Below, in pieces: positions 14,018 through 26,649 of a stretch of DNA of 64,000 nt. The notes below the pieces were generated by a model that did no database searches, was not told the DNA's origin, and saw only the letters and a program-made list of their open reading frames with translations. How positions within the stretch are numbered: the first letter of the stretch is position 1; each line of letters starts with the position of its first letter. The position numbers and the translations under genes are program-made. Source of the DNA: Camelus dromedarius (Eukaryota); the NCBI RefSeq assembly GCF_036321535.1, contig NC_087438.1, positions 6,698,001-6,762,000 of the forward strand. The letters are read 5' to 3'.

Positions 14018-14320
14018 ATAGATAGGGTAATGCTGTAGAAACCACCCAAAAAATCTCAGTGGCTGGATGTCAAAGTTTATTTCTTGCTCACACTATTGCA
14101 GGCTCTGCTCATCTTAATTAGTCAGAGACCCAGGCTTCCAGGAGCTCCCTGCTTTCATCATCTCAGATGAGGACAAGGGAGTAGGAGCTGGCTTTTAAAG
14201 CATCCATCCAGACACTCATATTTCACTGAGAAAGGCAAGTCACGCGGTCCCCTTCAAGGATGTTCTGTCCTCCAGAGGGAGGAGCACTGAATAAGAGTGG
14301 GTGCTGATGCAGCCGCCCAC
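14018..14320 (-). mobile_element. Old MaLR LTR (MLT1I/J-like)
   Basis: atgctgtag...aaatctcagtggct...aaagtttatttcttgctcacac...cagagacccaggct. Confidence 0.6.
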
Positions 14321-15811
14321 AGGGGAAATTAGGGGGAACTGAGAACACGAGATGCTGACAATCATCACTTATTTTCCTTCCCAGGTGTAGTTCTGAAAGA
14401 GGAGCCCTTTCAGTCATGAGGGGGAGGACACACTCCCAGTTAGCAAGATCTGTGGCGTTAACACTGGTCCTCAATGGGGGACTGCAGTCACACTAACATC
14501 CCATTCAGAGGGTGATATGATATTAATGATATAATATTAACTCTGCAAATTCAGAGGGGCTTCTGGGTGATCAACAATAACTTTGTTCCATTTTGTTCTG
14601 TTTGTGCAATGGATTACCCTACAGAACACCTAAAGAAAGATGGCAACATAATCACTATGTTGGGAAATAATCTCTTTGTGCAGATGTGAAAGGTTCTGTG
14701 TTCATTAGCTTAAAGATAAGGAGTGGGCATGGGGGGCGGGGGGGGGGACACAGACAACAGCCCTTAAGTAGATGAGTTGATAATATGTAAACAGTTTTCC
14801 TCATTCTTCCTAGAGAAGAGGCAGAACAAAATTATTTCTTTACCAGCAGAGCCACCTCAGGTTAAACATTAGAGGGGGCTGACTTCGCATTTTATTGTCT
14901 AAGGAGGTTGTGAGATGCTAAGATCCCGGTAAATGCAGTGTCACTGAATTAATTTCCAGAGCCACCCCTCCACCCCTCACTACCACCAATCAAATTTGGA
15001 AGCGCTGCCTAAGGCTTTGCTCGCTATACAAGAAGTCAAGCTCTTCCTTACCAGAGGAGTCAGCTGAGCATATGCATGGTCTCTGCAGTTCTACAACATT
15101 TAAAAGAAAACAAAATAAAAATGAATTTTCTTCTGCAGATGGTAGGCGCTGGGTATAAGTTGTTAATTTTATCGGTTGAATTATTTTGCATAAAAGTACA
15201 TTTCTGCATTTGCTAGAAACCCTCATTTTGCCTGGGGATCTGATCGAGCCGCTTCTCAGTACGCAGCTCAGTTTGCAAAGGGAGGAAAATGATTGTAAAT
15301 AGCTTCACCTCTCCTCCAAAGTCCTTTCAGGCTTTGAAGCTGAGCCTCTAACGAAGGGAGAGGACGCTGGCTCCAAACTCCAGGTGCAGAGCTGTTTCTG
15401 GTAAGATTAAAAGGATGTTTTTCTTGCCAGATAGCATTCCCTCTGAATGTACTGTTTCCTAAACAAAGTGATTATACGCCAAATGGTGCAATTTCTCTCC
15501 TAGGAGCCTGGTTACTTGCTTCTTAGTTCCTGATATAATGGTTAGCTCTGGATTTTTTGGTAATTTTTGTCCCTTTGTTTTAATATTCCTGCATCAGAAG
15601 ACACACTCAGAAGCTACAGACAGAAGAAATCAGTGTACATTGTGAATTTTCTTTATTATCAAAGCACACTTAATTATAAGCCTATAAGCAAATTGTTTCA
15701 AATTTGGTGAATTTCATTTCACTCATCCCATCGATTTAAAACTAGAGCTTTTTTGCTATTGATGCCAAATTATTACCGCAACTTGTTTTATAATAATATC
15801 GACCAACTAAC

Positions 15812-15990
15812 CTTTTTATTGTAATAAGATACGGATAGCATAAAACTGACCATGTTAGCTCTTTTTAGGTGTACAATTCAGTGGCATTAAGTTCATTCAA
15901 AGCGTACCAACCATCACCTCTGTCTCGTTCTAGAATCTTTCTGACTAAAACTGAACATGTCTGATAGTTCAACGGAATCTCCCTTCCCAT
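15812..15990 (-). mobile_element. L1MB-type 3' end fragment
   Basis: ttttaggtgtacaattcagtggcattaagttcattca...ccatcacctct. Confidence 0.75.
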
Positions 15991-17211
15991 GGAAAATGAA
16001 TGTCAGTTGCCAAATAATTTTATCAAACAGTATTTTTTTTAATCAAAATAATTTCTCAAGCATAAGGGACTGGAAATTGCAAGAGGTTTATTTGCCTTTG
16101 GAAGTTCCGCCCACCACCCAAGTTCTGCCGTGCGCTCCAGCGAGGGTGCCTCTGGGGTGATGCCAGCGTCCTCCCCATGGAACTGTCACTCTGGCCCTAC
16201 GCCTGCCCCGGAGGGACAACCCCAGAGCAACGTGCCGTGGAGTGCAGTTAGACCTAGAGAAATAAGCTGCGTTAATGGACTGTTCAAGGGCTCCTTGCGT
16301 AACTGAACTCATTTGCCATCTCATTTGTCACGCGTGTGGAGACACGGTATGCCAAGACCGCCTCCTTCAGAACGGAGAAGCTTGACATTTTGATAAGCGC
16401 AGTTGCAAAAGTAAGAACTGAGTTTCACTCCTTTGTTTAACCCGGAGGTTCTTTTAATTCCCTGCATAGCAGTGCCGAGAACTCTGCTTCCTGAGACTCA
16501 ATTGGACTAAGAGGACATCTGGGTTTGATTTCAGAGAAAAAAAAAAGGGCCAAGACAATGAAATGAGTGCCTTTCCAAATGCAACCTTTAGGTTCCTGAA
16601 ATAATTCCATCCTGTTCCTCATCCCCCCTTCCCCGCCCCTCCCCGTGCAAGCCCCTAATCAAATCAGACCCATCTGGCTGCTTTCAAATATGAAAGAAGG
16701 TTTTTAATTCATACCAAAAACTTAGGCTTCTCTAATGTTCCAAACTACGATTTTAAACCCTTAATCATTCCTATGAATGCAAAAGCTTAAGAAATCTGGG
16801 GTAAAATAACCCTTACTTAGAATATAAACTCCAGAATTTTATAATGAAAACAAAACGTGTTTCCCAGCGGTGAAAGCACTACGTGTCTCACTTCACAAGA
16901 ATATGAGCCTCACTGATGGAGCCCCACACCTGACCACGACCTGGCAAAGAGAGGCCACCTGTAAATATTTGCTGGATGAATAACTCTCCAGGGAAGTCAG
17001 TGTTGTGGGGCCTAATGACAACATGGTTTAACCTACTCCAGAGGCAATGGTGGGGGCTGGGGGTGGTGGGCAGGGAGAGTGTCCACTAACCTCTCTCTAT
17101 GTTCATTCTCAGTGTTTCCTGACCCTCTTCCCTCACTCCCTGGCTGCTGCCGGCTTCTCTACATTTAGTCTCTGCTTCCCCCTCCTCCTTCTCACCATTG
17201 CCCTCATGTCT

Positions 17212-18200
17212 TGCTCTAGATGGAATGTTGATGTCCCTCCAGAATTCTTACATGGAAGCTTCATCCTCAGTGTAATGGTATTTGGGGATGGCGTCTTTAG
17301 GAAGTGATTATGTCATGAGGGTGGAGCCCTTGTTACTGACCTAATACTGAGAAACAAGTGTTGAGTAAAAGGAAAGATGGCTTTATTGAGGAAGCTGGCC
17401 ATCTGGTGAGAAGGTGGACTCATGTCCCAAAAAACCAACCCCCCTCCCTGCCACTGACAATCAGGGGGAGCCATAGGGGGAAGAATTTTAAAGGGGAATT
17501 TCAGGGATACATAGAAGAGGGAGGGGGCTACGTGCAGAACAGCACAGTCAGCTCTGACAATCATCTTGAAATTAGTCATGTGGTGGTCTGATCACAAACC
17601 TTGATTGTTTTAAGTACAGTTAATCTCAAGTCCAACCTTGGTTTGATCTCATTTCCTTGAGACCAATTCTTGGAATTGTGCAAGATAGAACAGCTTATGT
17701 CTGGTCATTAAGTAGTTAACTTTTCCACCTGGAAGCGTTTCAGTGTCTGTAAAATAGCTCAAAGGATATGGCTTAGAGCATTATCTGTAGCCCTGGAGAA
17801 GGAACTAAGGATCCTCGATTTTGCTTGATGGCAAACTATTATTATTTTGCCTTATTTGACTGCTCTCCTTTGCTTCTGCATTTTCTAACTTCCCTGGTTA
17901 AATATATTGTTGACTAAAGTTTCTCTACAAACAAGAGGCAGACAGAGGATATGGTGGGGGCTCTGTCCTGGGAAGACCTCACAGGGTCTGCTCCATTATG
18001 CCCCTGTGAAAGGGATGGGTTCCCTGATAAAAGAGGTCCCAGAGCTCCCTCTCTGCTTCTGCCACATGAGGACACAGGGAGAAGTTGACTGTCTCTGAAC
18101 CAGAACTCAGAGCCTCACCAGACAACAGATCCACCAGTGCTTTGTGCTTGGACTTCTCAGCCTCTGGAAGCGTGAGAAGCAGGTGTCTGCTGTTAGAGTG
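17212..18200 (+). mobile_element. MaLR LTR (MLT1A-like), split by a nested ERV LTR
   Basis: The 5' part ends ...gtcatgagggtggagccct (17330). The 3' part resumes cccctgtgaaagggatggg...ataaaagaggtcccagagctcc...atgaggacacaggg (from 18001), continuing the consensus. Confidence 0.8.
17331..18000 (-). mobile_element. ERV1-type solo LTR nested in MLT1A
   Basis: Begins TGTTACTGA, has antisense AATAAA (gctttattg) and gcacagtcagctctgacaatcatcttgaaatt typical of laurasiatherian MER41-like LTRs. Flanks CCCT / CCCC(T) fit a 4-bp TSD. Confidence 0.75.
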
Positions 18201-20716
18201 TGTTTGCCGGGGAGCCCAAGGTTACTGAGAGCTTTTCTCCTTCTATTTAATTCTCGTGTCTTCCTTCGTGACTTTTCTCTTCCCTCTTCCTCTCGTTTGA
18301 CATTTCACTTGCTCTCCCCTGTCTACTTGCTCCCTTATTTAGAAAATACACATAACAGAGTTGTGTTTTAAATTGGTATTCTGATTTATTAAGTATCAGT
18401 CTCCCAATTCTTACTTTTTCTTATGGAGCATTAAAATCTTACAGGCATCTGCATTACAACAAAGGACAACCTATTTTTTACTTGTCTTTGGCAAAACAAA
18501 AAAGGGTGTGTCTCTATGCTGGCAAATACAGCAGTGTTCCAGAAAGATGGCCCGTTCCCATAAGATGGAAATTAGTTATCCAACTGCCCACAGTTCCTAT
18601 TTTATGAAGAAACTAGAACACAGACTTGGTGGGGGGAGAATTCTTTTGGAGATAAATGACAACTTTGCTCTTTTAATTGGGATGCCTCAGGTGGCATCTT
18701 ACCTGAGTTAGGGGACTAGGTAGATGCCTTGTGAGGAAGGAATTCTATTATCCACAGTGTCTGCTTCCCCAATTCCAGATTTCCCTTCAGTTAATGTTGA
18801 TACAACATACATTAAATTGAGGGGCATCCATGCTTCAGCAGAGTGCAATTTCTGAATTACTAGGAGAAGAGAAACCTATGGCTTATTTCTTATGTTAACA
18901 AAAATAAGTGTGCAACTTCCTTCTGGCACTTTCTATAGGAGAATCAATACTTATTTCTCATCCTGTATCCTTCTCCTTAGATTAAAGGAATAACTGACAG
19001 AAGTTAATCAGCAGTGTTAGCAGGACTCATCACACTGTGCTGTCCTGGTTTCATTTTTAAAAAATGGTATAATGTTGATGGACTGGAAGAGAATACTAGA
19101 TAGTTCATCCTTCCCAGTTTCAAACCTCTGAGTTTTCAAGCTCTCCAGACAGGTTAACTGAAACAGATTCTTCGATACAACATGAGAAAAATCTTTTTCT
19201 GTTCACATCATCTCCATTGGAACTGTTGCTTTTTGCAAACTTGTAGAAGAAGTCATTGCTAGCTTATTTTTCTTAGTTGGTGGATTAATTCGCTTCCACC
19301 GTGTGTCTCTGCAGTCTCCCCATTCATTCAGCTTGCATCTGCCTTGGCGCAGGGCTCCCCCACTTCTGGATGGAAAGACAAGAAGTGTGACTTGATGACT
19401 AGCCTACTGTGATTTCCAGATGCCTTTGTCCGCCTCCTGATGATTCCCAAGCTCTTGCCAGGGAAGGGGAGCTAGCACGCCAGGAGGCACAGGCTCTTCC
19501 TCAGTCAGTGTGGGTGGAGGACGGAGGGCTGAATCACAAGGGAACAAAAGGGCAGAAAATAGCATACCTTGCCATCCTCATAACCTTTGCCAAAATTTCT
19601 CTTTTGAGGCTATAAATTCATTTCTTTCCAATAAGAAGCTTTGTTGAATAAAAGTATTCTTAAAATTGCTATTAAGTGCACCATTCTGTTCAAGATAAAA
19701 CCATTAAACATTTGCTTTACTATAATTAAGCCCAATACACAGCAATTGGAAACATTTGTCCAAATGCTGAAAGATTTGCTATCAGCTTAGTATGAGCTGA
19801 GAAGCCAAAGGACACATGCACGTTCACTGAGCCCCAGATAGCTTGTTTTGTTTTGTTTTGACACTGAGAAAAGGCAGGTGGCTCAAACCCAGGACAATCT
19901 CTTTATCTCCTCAGACTAAACCTGTTCAGTTCTGCCCTGTTCACATCTACAAGTGCCATCGTTCCTGGACCAGAGATTGAGGGGAGCCCTAAAACCAGAC
20001 AGACGGCAGTGGAGGAAAGCGGAGGGCCAGAGAAAGGTCAAGGGCAGCCTGAGTGGTGCACCCAGATGGGAATAAACTTGGTTGATGGGCTGTTGTGTAA
20101 GGAAAGCTGGTCCCCTGCTCTCTCAGAGCTGGCCATGAGAATCTGGACTATTTTCAATTACATTGCACGCCGTCTAGATGTTTATCTGCAATGCTCTGTG
20201 ACTTTTTAAGGCACAAAAGGATTGATTGACTGATAATGACTGTAGGTTCATGATGAATGAAAACTACCTACCGTTCACTGAGGCATCCATTTAAGTCTAC
20301 CCATCTAGCCAGCAGATGGTAAATAACGTGGAAATGCAGGATAACCTGATTGAGAACATTAATTTTTTTCCCTGTGGTTATGAAAGGAAAAGAAGCTTAT
20401 TTCCTTTGCTTTTCTCTCCCCAAATGGAGGCGAAGAGCTAGGTCCTTGCAGAAGAGGTGTGAGAAGGGGCAGAGAGAAGAGAATGGACCAGCCCACACGG
20501 CGGGAGTTGCTGGGGCTGGGGGAAGGCTACTGATGGGGAGTTCTGCTGGGGAGACTTGGCCTCCAGGGAGGACCTCATCTGCTGGCCACCTATTAAGGTA
20601 GCTCGTGGGGGCTTGAAGACTGACACCTGCGAGCTGTGCCTTTGAGGTTGCATGGAAGAGCCAAGTCACCAGATTGGTCACTAGGAAGTAGAGATTTGCC
20701 TACCTTTGGGTGGCCC

Positions 20717-20931
20717 AAGGAAAAATCTGCAGACTGTGGCCCACGGGCCACATCCAGGCTGCAGCCTGTTTTTGTAAATAAGGTTTTCTTGGCACGTGGC
20801 CAAGTTCATTCATTTATGCTATCTGTGCAGCTCTCACACTCCAAGGGCAGAGCTGAGTGGCTGGGACAGAGACCACAACGTCTGGGGTATTTAATAATTG
20901 GCTCTTTACCGAAATAACGGGCTGACCCCTG
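20717..20931. mobile_element. MER58-type hAT MITE
   Basis: tgtggcccacgggcc...gcctgtttttgtaaataaggttt...ggctctttaccgaaataacgggctgacccctg. Confidence 0.8.
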
Positions 20932-21238
20932 AACTGTGAGCTTGGAATGTGGGTTTAGATGATGAGCGTGGTGGTGGTTCTGGTCAAAGCTTGACGTTCG
21001 GAGGTCCTTTGCACATTTTCTGGATCACTTAAGCCCTCAAGGAGACTGGTGAGATCCGAGGCCAGGATGAGTAATGTAACCAGTAATGACTCACAGGGCA
21101 CCTTCCCCATCAACCCAATTCTAGCCAGTTAAATATGAGATGGTGTTTTATATTTCTAACATGGTATACATGTTAGAAATTAAATAATGTGAGTTTCTTG
21201 GACTAAAGCATTGTAACACATTTATACCCATTACCTAC

Positions 21239-21725
21239 TGCATTCGTTTCCCACCACTGCTGTAACAAGTGACCTCAAACTCAGTGACTTAAAACAACAC
21301 AAATGGATTCTTTCGCAGTTTGGAGCTTAGAAGCTCCAGATCAACCTCACTGGACTAAAATCAAGGTGTTGGCAGGGCTGTGCTCCGAGGAAGCTCCGAG
21401 GGGAGAATCTGTTCTTTGTCTTCTAGAGGCCCCTGCAGTCCTTGGCTTGTGGTCCCTTCTTCTACCTTCAAAGCCAGCAAGACGGCATCTTCTCTCCTCT
21501 CTGACCTCTGCTTCTGTTGTCACATCTTCTTTGACTCTGACCCCCTCTGCTTCCCTCTTATAAGTATCCTGTGATTACTGACCCACCAGATAATCCAGGA
21601 TAATCTCCTCGGTATAAAATCCTTAACTTAATCAGTCTGCAAAGTCCTTTTTGTCATGTGAAGTGACATATTTATAGGCACCACAGATTAGAACAGGCAT
21701 CTTCAGGGGTCATATTCAGTCTAAT
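21239..21725 (-). mobile_element. MaLR LTR (MLT1C/D-like)
   Basis: ctgctgtaacaag...acttaaaacaacacaaat...aaaatcaaggtgttggcagggctgtgctcc...gataatccaggataatctc. Confidence 0.85.
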
Positions 21726-22239
21726 GAGGCTTTCATACTGCCTTCAGCATGTGAGGAATTGCTGGACAGCCATGCACGACTACAGGAAATAGGTCTGTTC
21801 TGGTCCAGTAAAGAGTCTCTACTTTTTATTCATCTTCAGCTCTCATTCAGGAAAGGGGTGAGTGGTAATGGCACAGGCGGTTCCTTGTGAGTGGCATGTG
21901 TCACCACTCCCTGCTGGCTGAGAACAGCCCCTCTCTGGGCAGTGGAGTGGGCTCTTGGACAAGCTGGTTCTGTAACCTCAGAAGGCTTCTCTGGTCCTAT
22001 ACCTCCCTGACTCCCCATCTGTGCCCTGAAGGGCCCTCACTGTCATATCATGTCATGTTCCTCCTTGGCCACATCTTGGGTGGATTTGGGAAGAATGCTC
22101 CTTTTGGGGGAAAGCAGGTAAAGTTTTAGTAACCCAGTTCTTATGATTGCAGATATAGAGACCAGGAAACTGCCTCGGGAGAGTCAAATATTCAGAGGCT
22201 GTTAATGACCAGACTCCAGATAGATTTAGAAAGAGTTGT

Positions 22240-22508
22240 GAAAGAAAAGAAAAGAAAAGAAAAGAAAAGAAAAGAAAAGAAAAGAAAAGAAAAGAAAAGA
22301 AAAGAAAAGAAAAGAAAAAAGAAAGAAAGAAAGAAAGAAAGAAAGGAAGGAAGGAAGGAAGGAAGGAAGGAAGGAAGGAAGGAAGGAAAAAGGAAAGGGG
22401 GAAGGAAAAAGGAAAGGGGGAAGGAAAAAGGAAAGGGGGAAAGAAAAAGGAAAGGGGGAAAGAAAGGAAGGAAAAAGGAAAGGGGGAAAGAAGGAAAGAA
22501 AAGAAAGG
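22240..22508. repeat. Compound polypurine repeat: (GAAAA)n, (GAAA)n, (GGAA)n, then about 5 copies of a 19-bp unit GGAAAAAGGAAAGGGGGAA
   Basis: Read directly; there is no pyrimidine on the plus strand over 269 bp. Confidence 0.97.
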
Positions 22509-22517
22509 CTTCTGGTC

Positions 22518-22902
22518 TGCTATGGGCTGAAGTGTATTCTCCACAAATTCATGTGTTAAAAATCCTGCTCCTGGAACCTCAGAATAGGACTGGATTTGGA
22601 GATAGGGCCTTTAAAGAAGTAATTAAGGTCAAATGAGATCAGACGGTTGGACCCTAATTCAATATGACTGGTGTCCCTATGAGAAGAGGAGATTAGGACC
22701 AGACAGGAACAGAGGGAAAACCACATGAGGACACAGGGAGAAGGCAGCCATCTGCAAGTCAAGGAGAGAGGCCTCAGGAGAAACCAAACCTGCCAACGCC
22801 TTGACCTTGGACTCCCAGCCTCCAGACTGTGAGAAGTACATTTCAGTTGTTTGAGCCCCTACTCTGTGGTGCTCTGTTGTGGCTGCTCTAAGAACCAACA
22901 CA
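22518..22902 (+). mobile_element. MaLR solo LTR (MLT1B-like)
   Basis: TGCTATGGGCTGAA...tttggagatagggcctttaaagaag...gaggcctcaggagaaaccaaacctgcc...AACCAACACA. Confidence 0.88.
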
Positions 22903-24699
22903 GATTCCAAGCAGTGGAAGCTCTGGAAGGTAGGGGTATCACTGAATTATTAGCAGCCAACACTCCCAGCCCCTGGGGACACAACCCAGGAAGGTCACCC
23001 AAGCCGGCCACCGAAACCGCGTCTACGCAGCAGGTGAGCTCCAATCACAGGAAGAGAGAGCAGATGCTGGAGAGTCAAGAAGAATGACTTTTTGCTGCTC
23101 TGAGCTGTTAAACTCAAAATGGGGTCATTATTGGAACTTTTGAAGTTGGAGATTGAAACCTCTTTGTTGGCAGAATATCTTTGCCTTAAAAATAGCATCC
23201 AATGAAAAAAATGGCACCTAATGGTAAAAAAAAAAAAAAAAAAAAAAAAAGTACCCAACGCTAAGGCCCAACAAGATCTGAATCCCTGTTGCTTTGTCAT
23301 CATGGCAGCAGGCTCTGCAGTGACCCCATTTTCACTCTCCCTTTGCCCCACATGGGGTCTGGAAAAGCCACTGAGTGCCTAGGGCAGGGTGGAGAGATAG
23401 GTCACGTTCTCCTCCCCCGCTGCCTAGGTGCTTTAGAGTAGCAGCTGTCCACTTACAGAACATCACGTTTCCTTTGTGCCTTAATCTCCCCAGACTAGTC
23501 TTCACTCCACACCAGATGGATGGATTCTTCCATGGTTTTCTATTTCCCACCCAGGTGCTCCTGTGCCTGGCAGGGATTAGAGACCACTGTTCTTCTCTTC
23601 CTTTAAAAGTTCTGTCCTATGGAAAGGTTTCTCTTCAATGCTCTGCTGTAAACCCTGCTCATGATTTCCCTCCCTGATCACAGATTTTTTGCGTCGTAGA
23701 TTCTTACTTCTCATTTCTCCTGTGCTGTTCCACCCTGCATCAAGCGCAGAGTGAATAATGGAAACAATGTTCACCTGTATTTTCCATGCTTGGTGGAACA
23801 GTGGCGGCTCGTAGCAGGGGGCATCAAAAGGTGAAGGTACAATAAGACATTTGATTTAGTAACAAAGAGGTGACTTTGAACAAGATGAGATGCCAACTTT
23901 TGGACTAATATTTACACAGTGGTATATTTCAGCAGTGACTCACAATATGTTTTTTAAGCAGCCTACGTGTATTCTGTTGTATAGGACACAAGACAAAGAG
24001 ATACAAATATTTGGGGTTTTTTTTGTTGTTGTTACTATCGAAGCTGGAAAAGTTTAGGGTGTTTTCTTAGTAAAGAGTCTTGGTGTGGTCAGGAAGAGGT
24101 CTGCGAGCCCATGAGCAATTTCTCTATAAGAAAACTGTATCACATTGCACTTCCTGCTGAATTTAGTTTTCAGATATTGAATGCATATAAACTAAATGGA
24201 CATTCATAAAAAGGATTCAGCTGGGGAAAAACAAATGAAGTCTGGATCTTTCTTTGTTTCTGATCTGAAGACTGCTACAATCAGAAGTGAAATACAATGA
24301 AAAGTGTCGTTTAAGCAGCAGAAACCATTAGGAACTATTAGGAGCTATTTAAAGAAGGTAGGTGGGCAAGCTGGTTCCAAATAGGCAGATAAAAAGATTT
24401 TCAGCCACCAACAATGTTGTACAAAGATGCTCAGGGCACGTACGATGAGCTGTATGGCTGGTTGTCCTCAGCGAACTCATTAGTGGGGTAAGGTCATGGG
24501 GACCTGGAGCTCAACGGAAGAGGCAGGTGTGGAGAGTCTCTGTTATTCACAGGACTGATACTGAAATCAGCTCCTTGTGTGTTTGATGGACAGCAGTTCA
24601 CCAGGAGGTGGATTCCACGGGAAAGAAGCCTGCGAAAGAGCTACAGAGGAAGCAAGTCTATTCAATTCTGCAATCCAGCTGGTGGTCTCCTTAACTGAT

Positions 24700-25500
24700 G
24701 CCATGGGTCATCCCCTCAATCACTGTTTACTGAAGGTCTGAGAAGCGCAGTCACTCAGTCGATCCCAGGAGTGAATCGGGCAGTGTCTCTCTCTTAGTTC
24801 GCTCAGACCGCTGCGACAAAGTACCCACAGACTATGTGGCTTATAAACAATACATTTTATTTCTCACTAGTTCTGGAGAACTGAGAAGTCCAGGTCAAGG
24901 CACCAGCATGGTGGAATTCTGCTGAGAGCCCTCTTCCTGGGTCATAGCTGCCACCTTCTTACTGTGTCCTCACGTGGCTAAAGATGTCTTTGGACCCTCA
25001 TTCATAAGGGCACTGATCCCATTCACAAGGGCTCCACCTTCATGACCCAAGCACCTGCCAAAGGCTCCACCTCCTACTTTCATCTTTGAAGGTTAGGCTT
25101 CCAACATATGAGTTTGGCAGAGACATAAAATTCAGATCATAGGTGTCTCTTTCTTCTTGGAGCTAAGATTCCAGAGGGAGAATAGGCGACCCTGCTATCC
25201 TGTGGGTGAGGGGGTGGAGACTGGAGGGGAAGAGGGTAGAGTCTTCTATAGTGTGTTTGTATGAGGTCTCATTGAGAGAGAGGTCTTTGAGTGGGAGGGA
25301 ACAGGCAAAGAGACTAAACGCAAAGATTCTCAAGTGACAGTGAAGTTGACAACCTCCAGGAACAAGAGGAGGGTGAGGCTGGGGCAGGGCTGATGAGGGA
25401 GGTGACAGACTCAGACAGTGGTCAGACATGGGAGGCCTTATAAGGAAGCAGGATTCCATCCTTCATGGATGGGAAGCCATTGGAGTTTTTCACAACTGGA
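24700..25500 (-). mobile_element. L2 fragment interrupted by an MLT1A0-like LTR
   Basis: tgtttactgaagg... before the LTR and cttggagctaagattcc...gatgggaagccattggagtttt after it resemble antisense L2. Confidence 0.5.
24790..25144 (-). mobile_element. MaLR solo LTR (MLT1A0-like) with 5-bp TSD
   Basis: tcttagttc...gtggcttataaacaa...ttctggag...tcctcacgtggc...ttcagatcatag. TSD GTCTC at 24785-24789 and 25145-25149. Confidence 0.85.
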
Positions 25501-26099
25501 AAGATCTAGAAAGATGTTAAGTCCAACTGTTGATCTCACTTGCCATCACCACAGAACACAGAATGGGAATCGAGACCCTGAAATCCCAGAACAGGCTTTA
25601 TCACATGTTAGCTCATTGGCTGCAGCAAATCATTTAAATCCATCTGGGACCTGCTGTTTCACAAATAAGGTGCTGAACTCAAAGACGCCAAGTTACTTTT
25701 TGCTCTTACTGATCTGTATAATTTATAATGGGAATATGGTGTTATCAAAAACTTTCATATTGAATTTAATCATGCTTTATGCATGATTTTTATTTTAGTG
25801 GAATAAAAATGATAGGATTCAAAGATTCCCAATTGGCTCATTTAATTTCTTTTTAGCTTTATATATAAAAAGCATAAATAAGTGAAAGTAACTCCATTGT
25901 ATATACATATAACCCCCCCACAGACACAGACACTTATCTTACCACCCAGCAGTGTTTCCACATTGTACATCACCCCAATGTGATTGACACCCCTGGAACT
26001 CTACCACAGAATTCCAGCCGCAACAACCCCTCCAGAGATGACCACTGACTAAATCAGTTCGGATCTGTCTCTGCTGGACCTTTGAACATATTGCTACGA

Positions 26100-26615
26100 A
26101 GCCATGTGTCTGGGAATTTCTAGCCTTGTGAGTCTCACTTCCTAAAGCCGAACCCAGAGGTCTTGGGGCCCCAGATTTTGGCAACTGAGTCCCAGATGTG
26201 TCCAGGTTCCACCAAGCTGATTCTCACATGCAGGCCCTGCTTTGGGAAGGAGCAGCCCAGAGAGGAGGGTCCAGTGGGATCTACTTTTGTTGGAGGCATC
26301 TGGATCCTGGGAGTGGCAGCACTTGCCTGCCTAGTCCCTGGAACAAAAGTGGCATGGGACCTGGGGCAGCAGCAGCTGTGGTCAGTCCTGGAGCAGTGCA
26401 AACTGTAACATCCCAGGCCTAGTGACAGCAAAGGTCCCACTGTCGCTGTCACTCCAGTCCTTGTGCATGTCCAGTCCAGGGGCACATTTCCTTTAAGTGG
26501 GGAGCTTGTTTCTCTAAAGTCTTGAGATTATCATGGGCTCCTCGGTCTACTCGTTTCTGCTGAATCCACCATAATTAGTTATTGTTACTTGCAACTACTA
26601 ACCTGGTCTGATCCT
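26100..26615 (+). mobile_element. Possible old ERVL LTR (LTR16/LTR33-like)
   Basis: The 3' end tgttacttgcaactactaacctggtctgat resembles ERVL LTR termini; the body is weakly recognisable. Confidence 0.35.
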
Positions 26616-26649
26616 GGCTCTCCTAGGTTGTGAAGACATCTCCCCAGAA

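Noticed and set aside
22053..22636. Lys/Arg-rich 143-aa ORF and Phe/Ser-rich 163-aa ORF
   Set aside because: Both are translations of the polypurine simple repeat.
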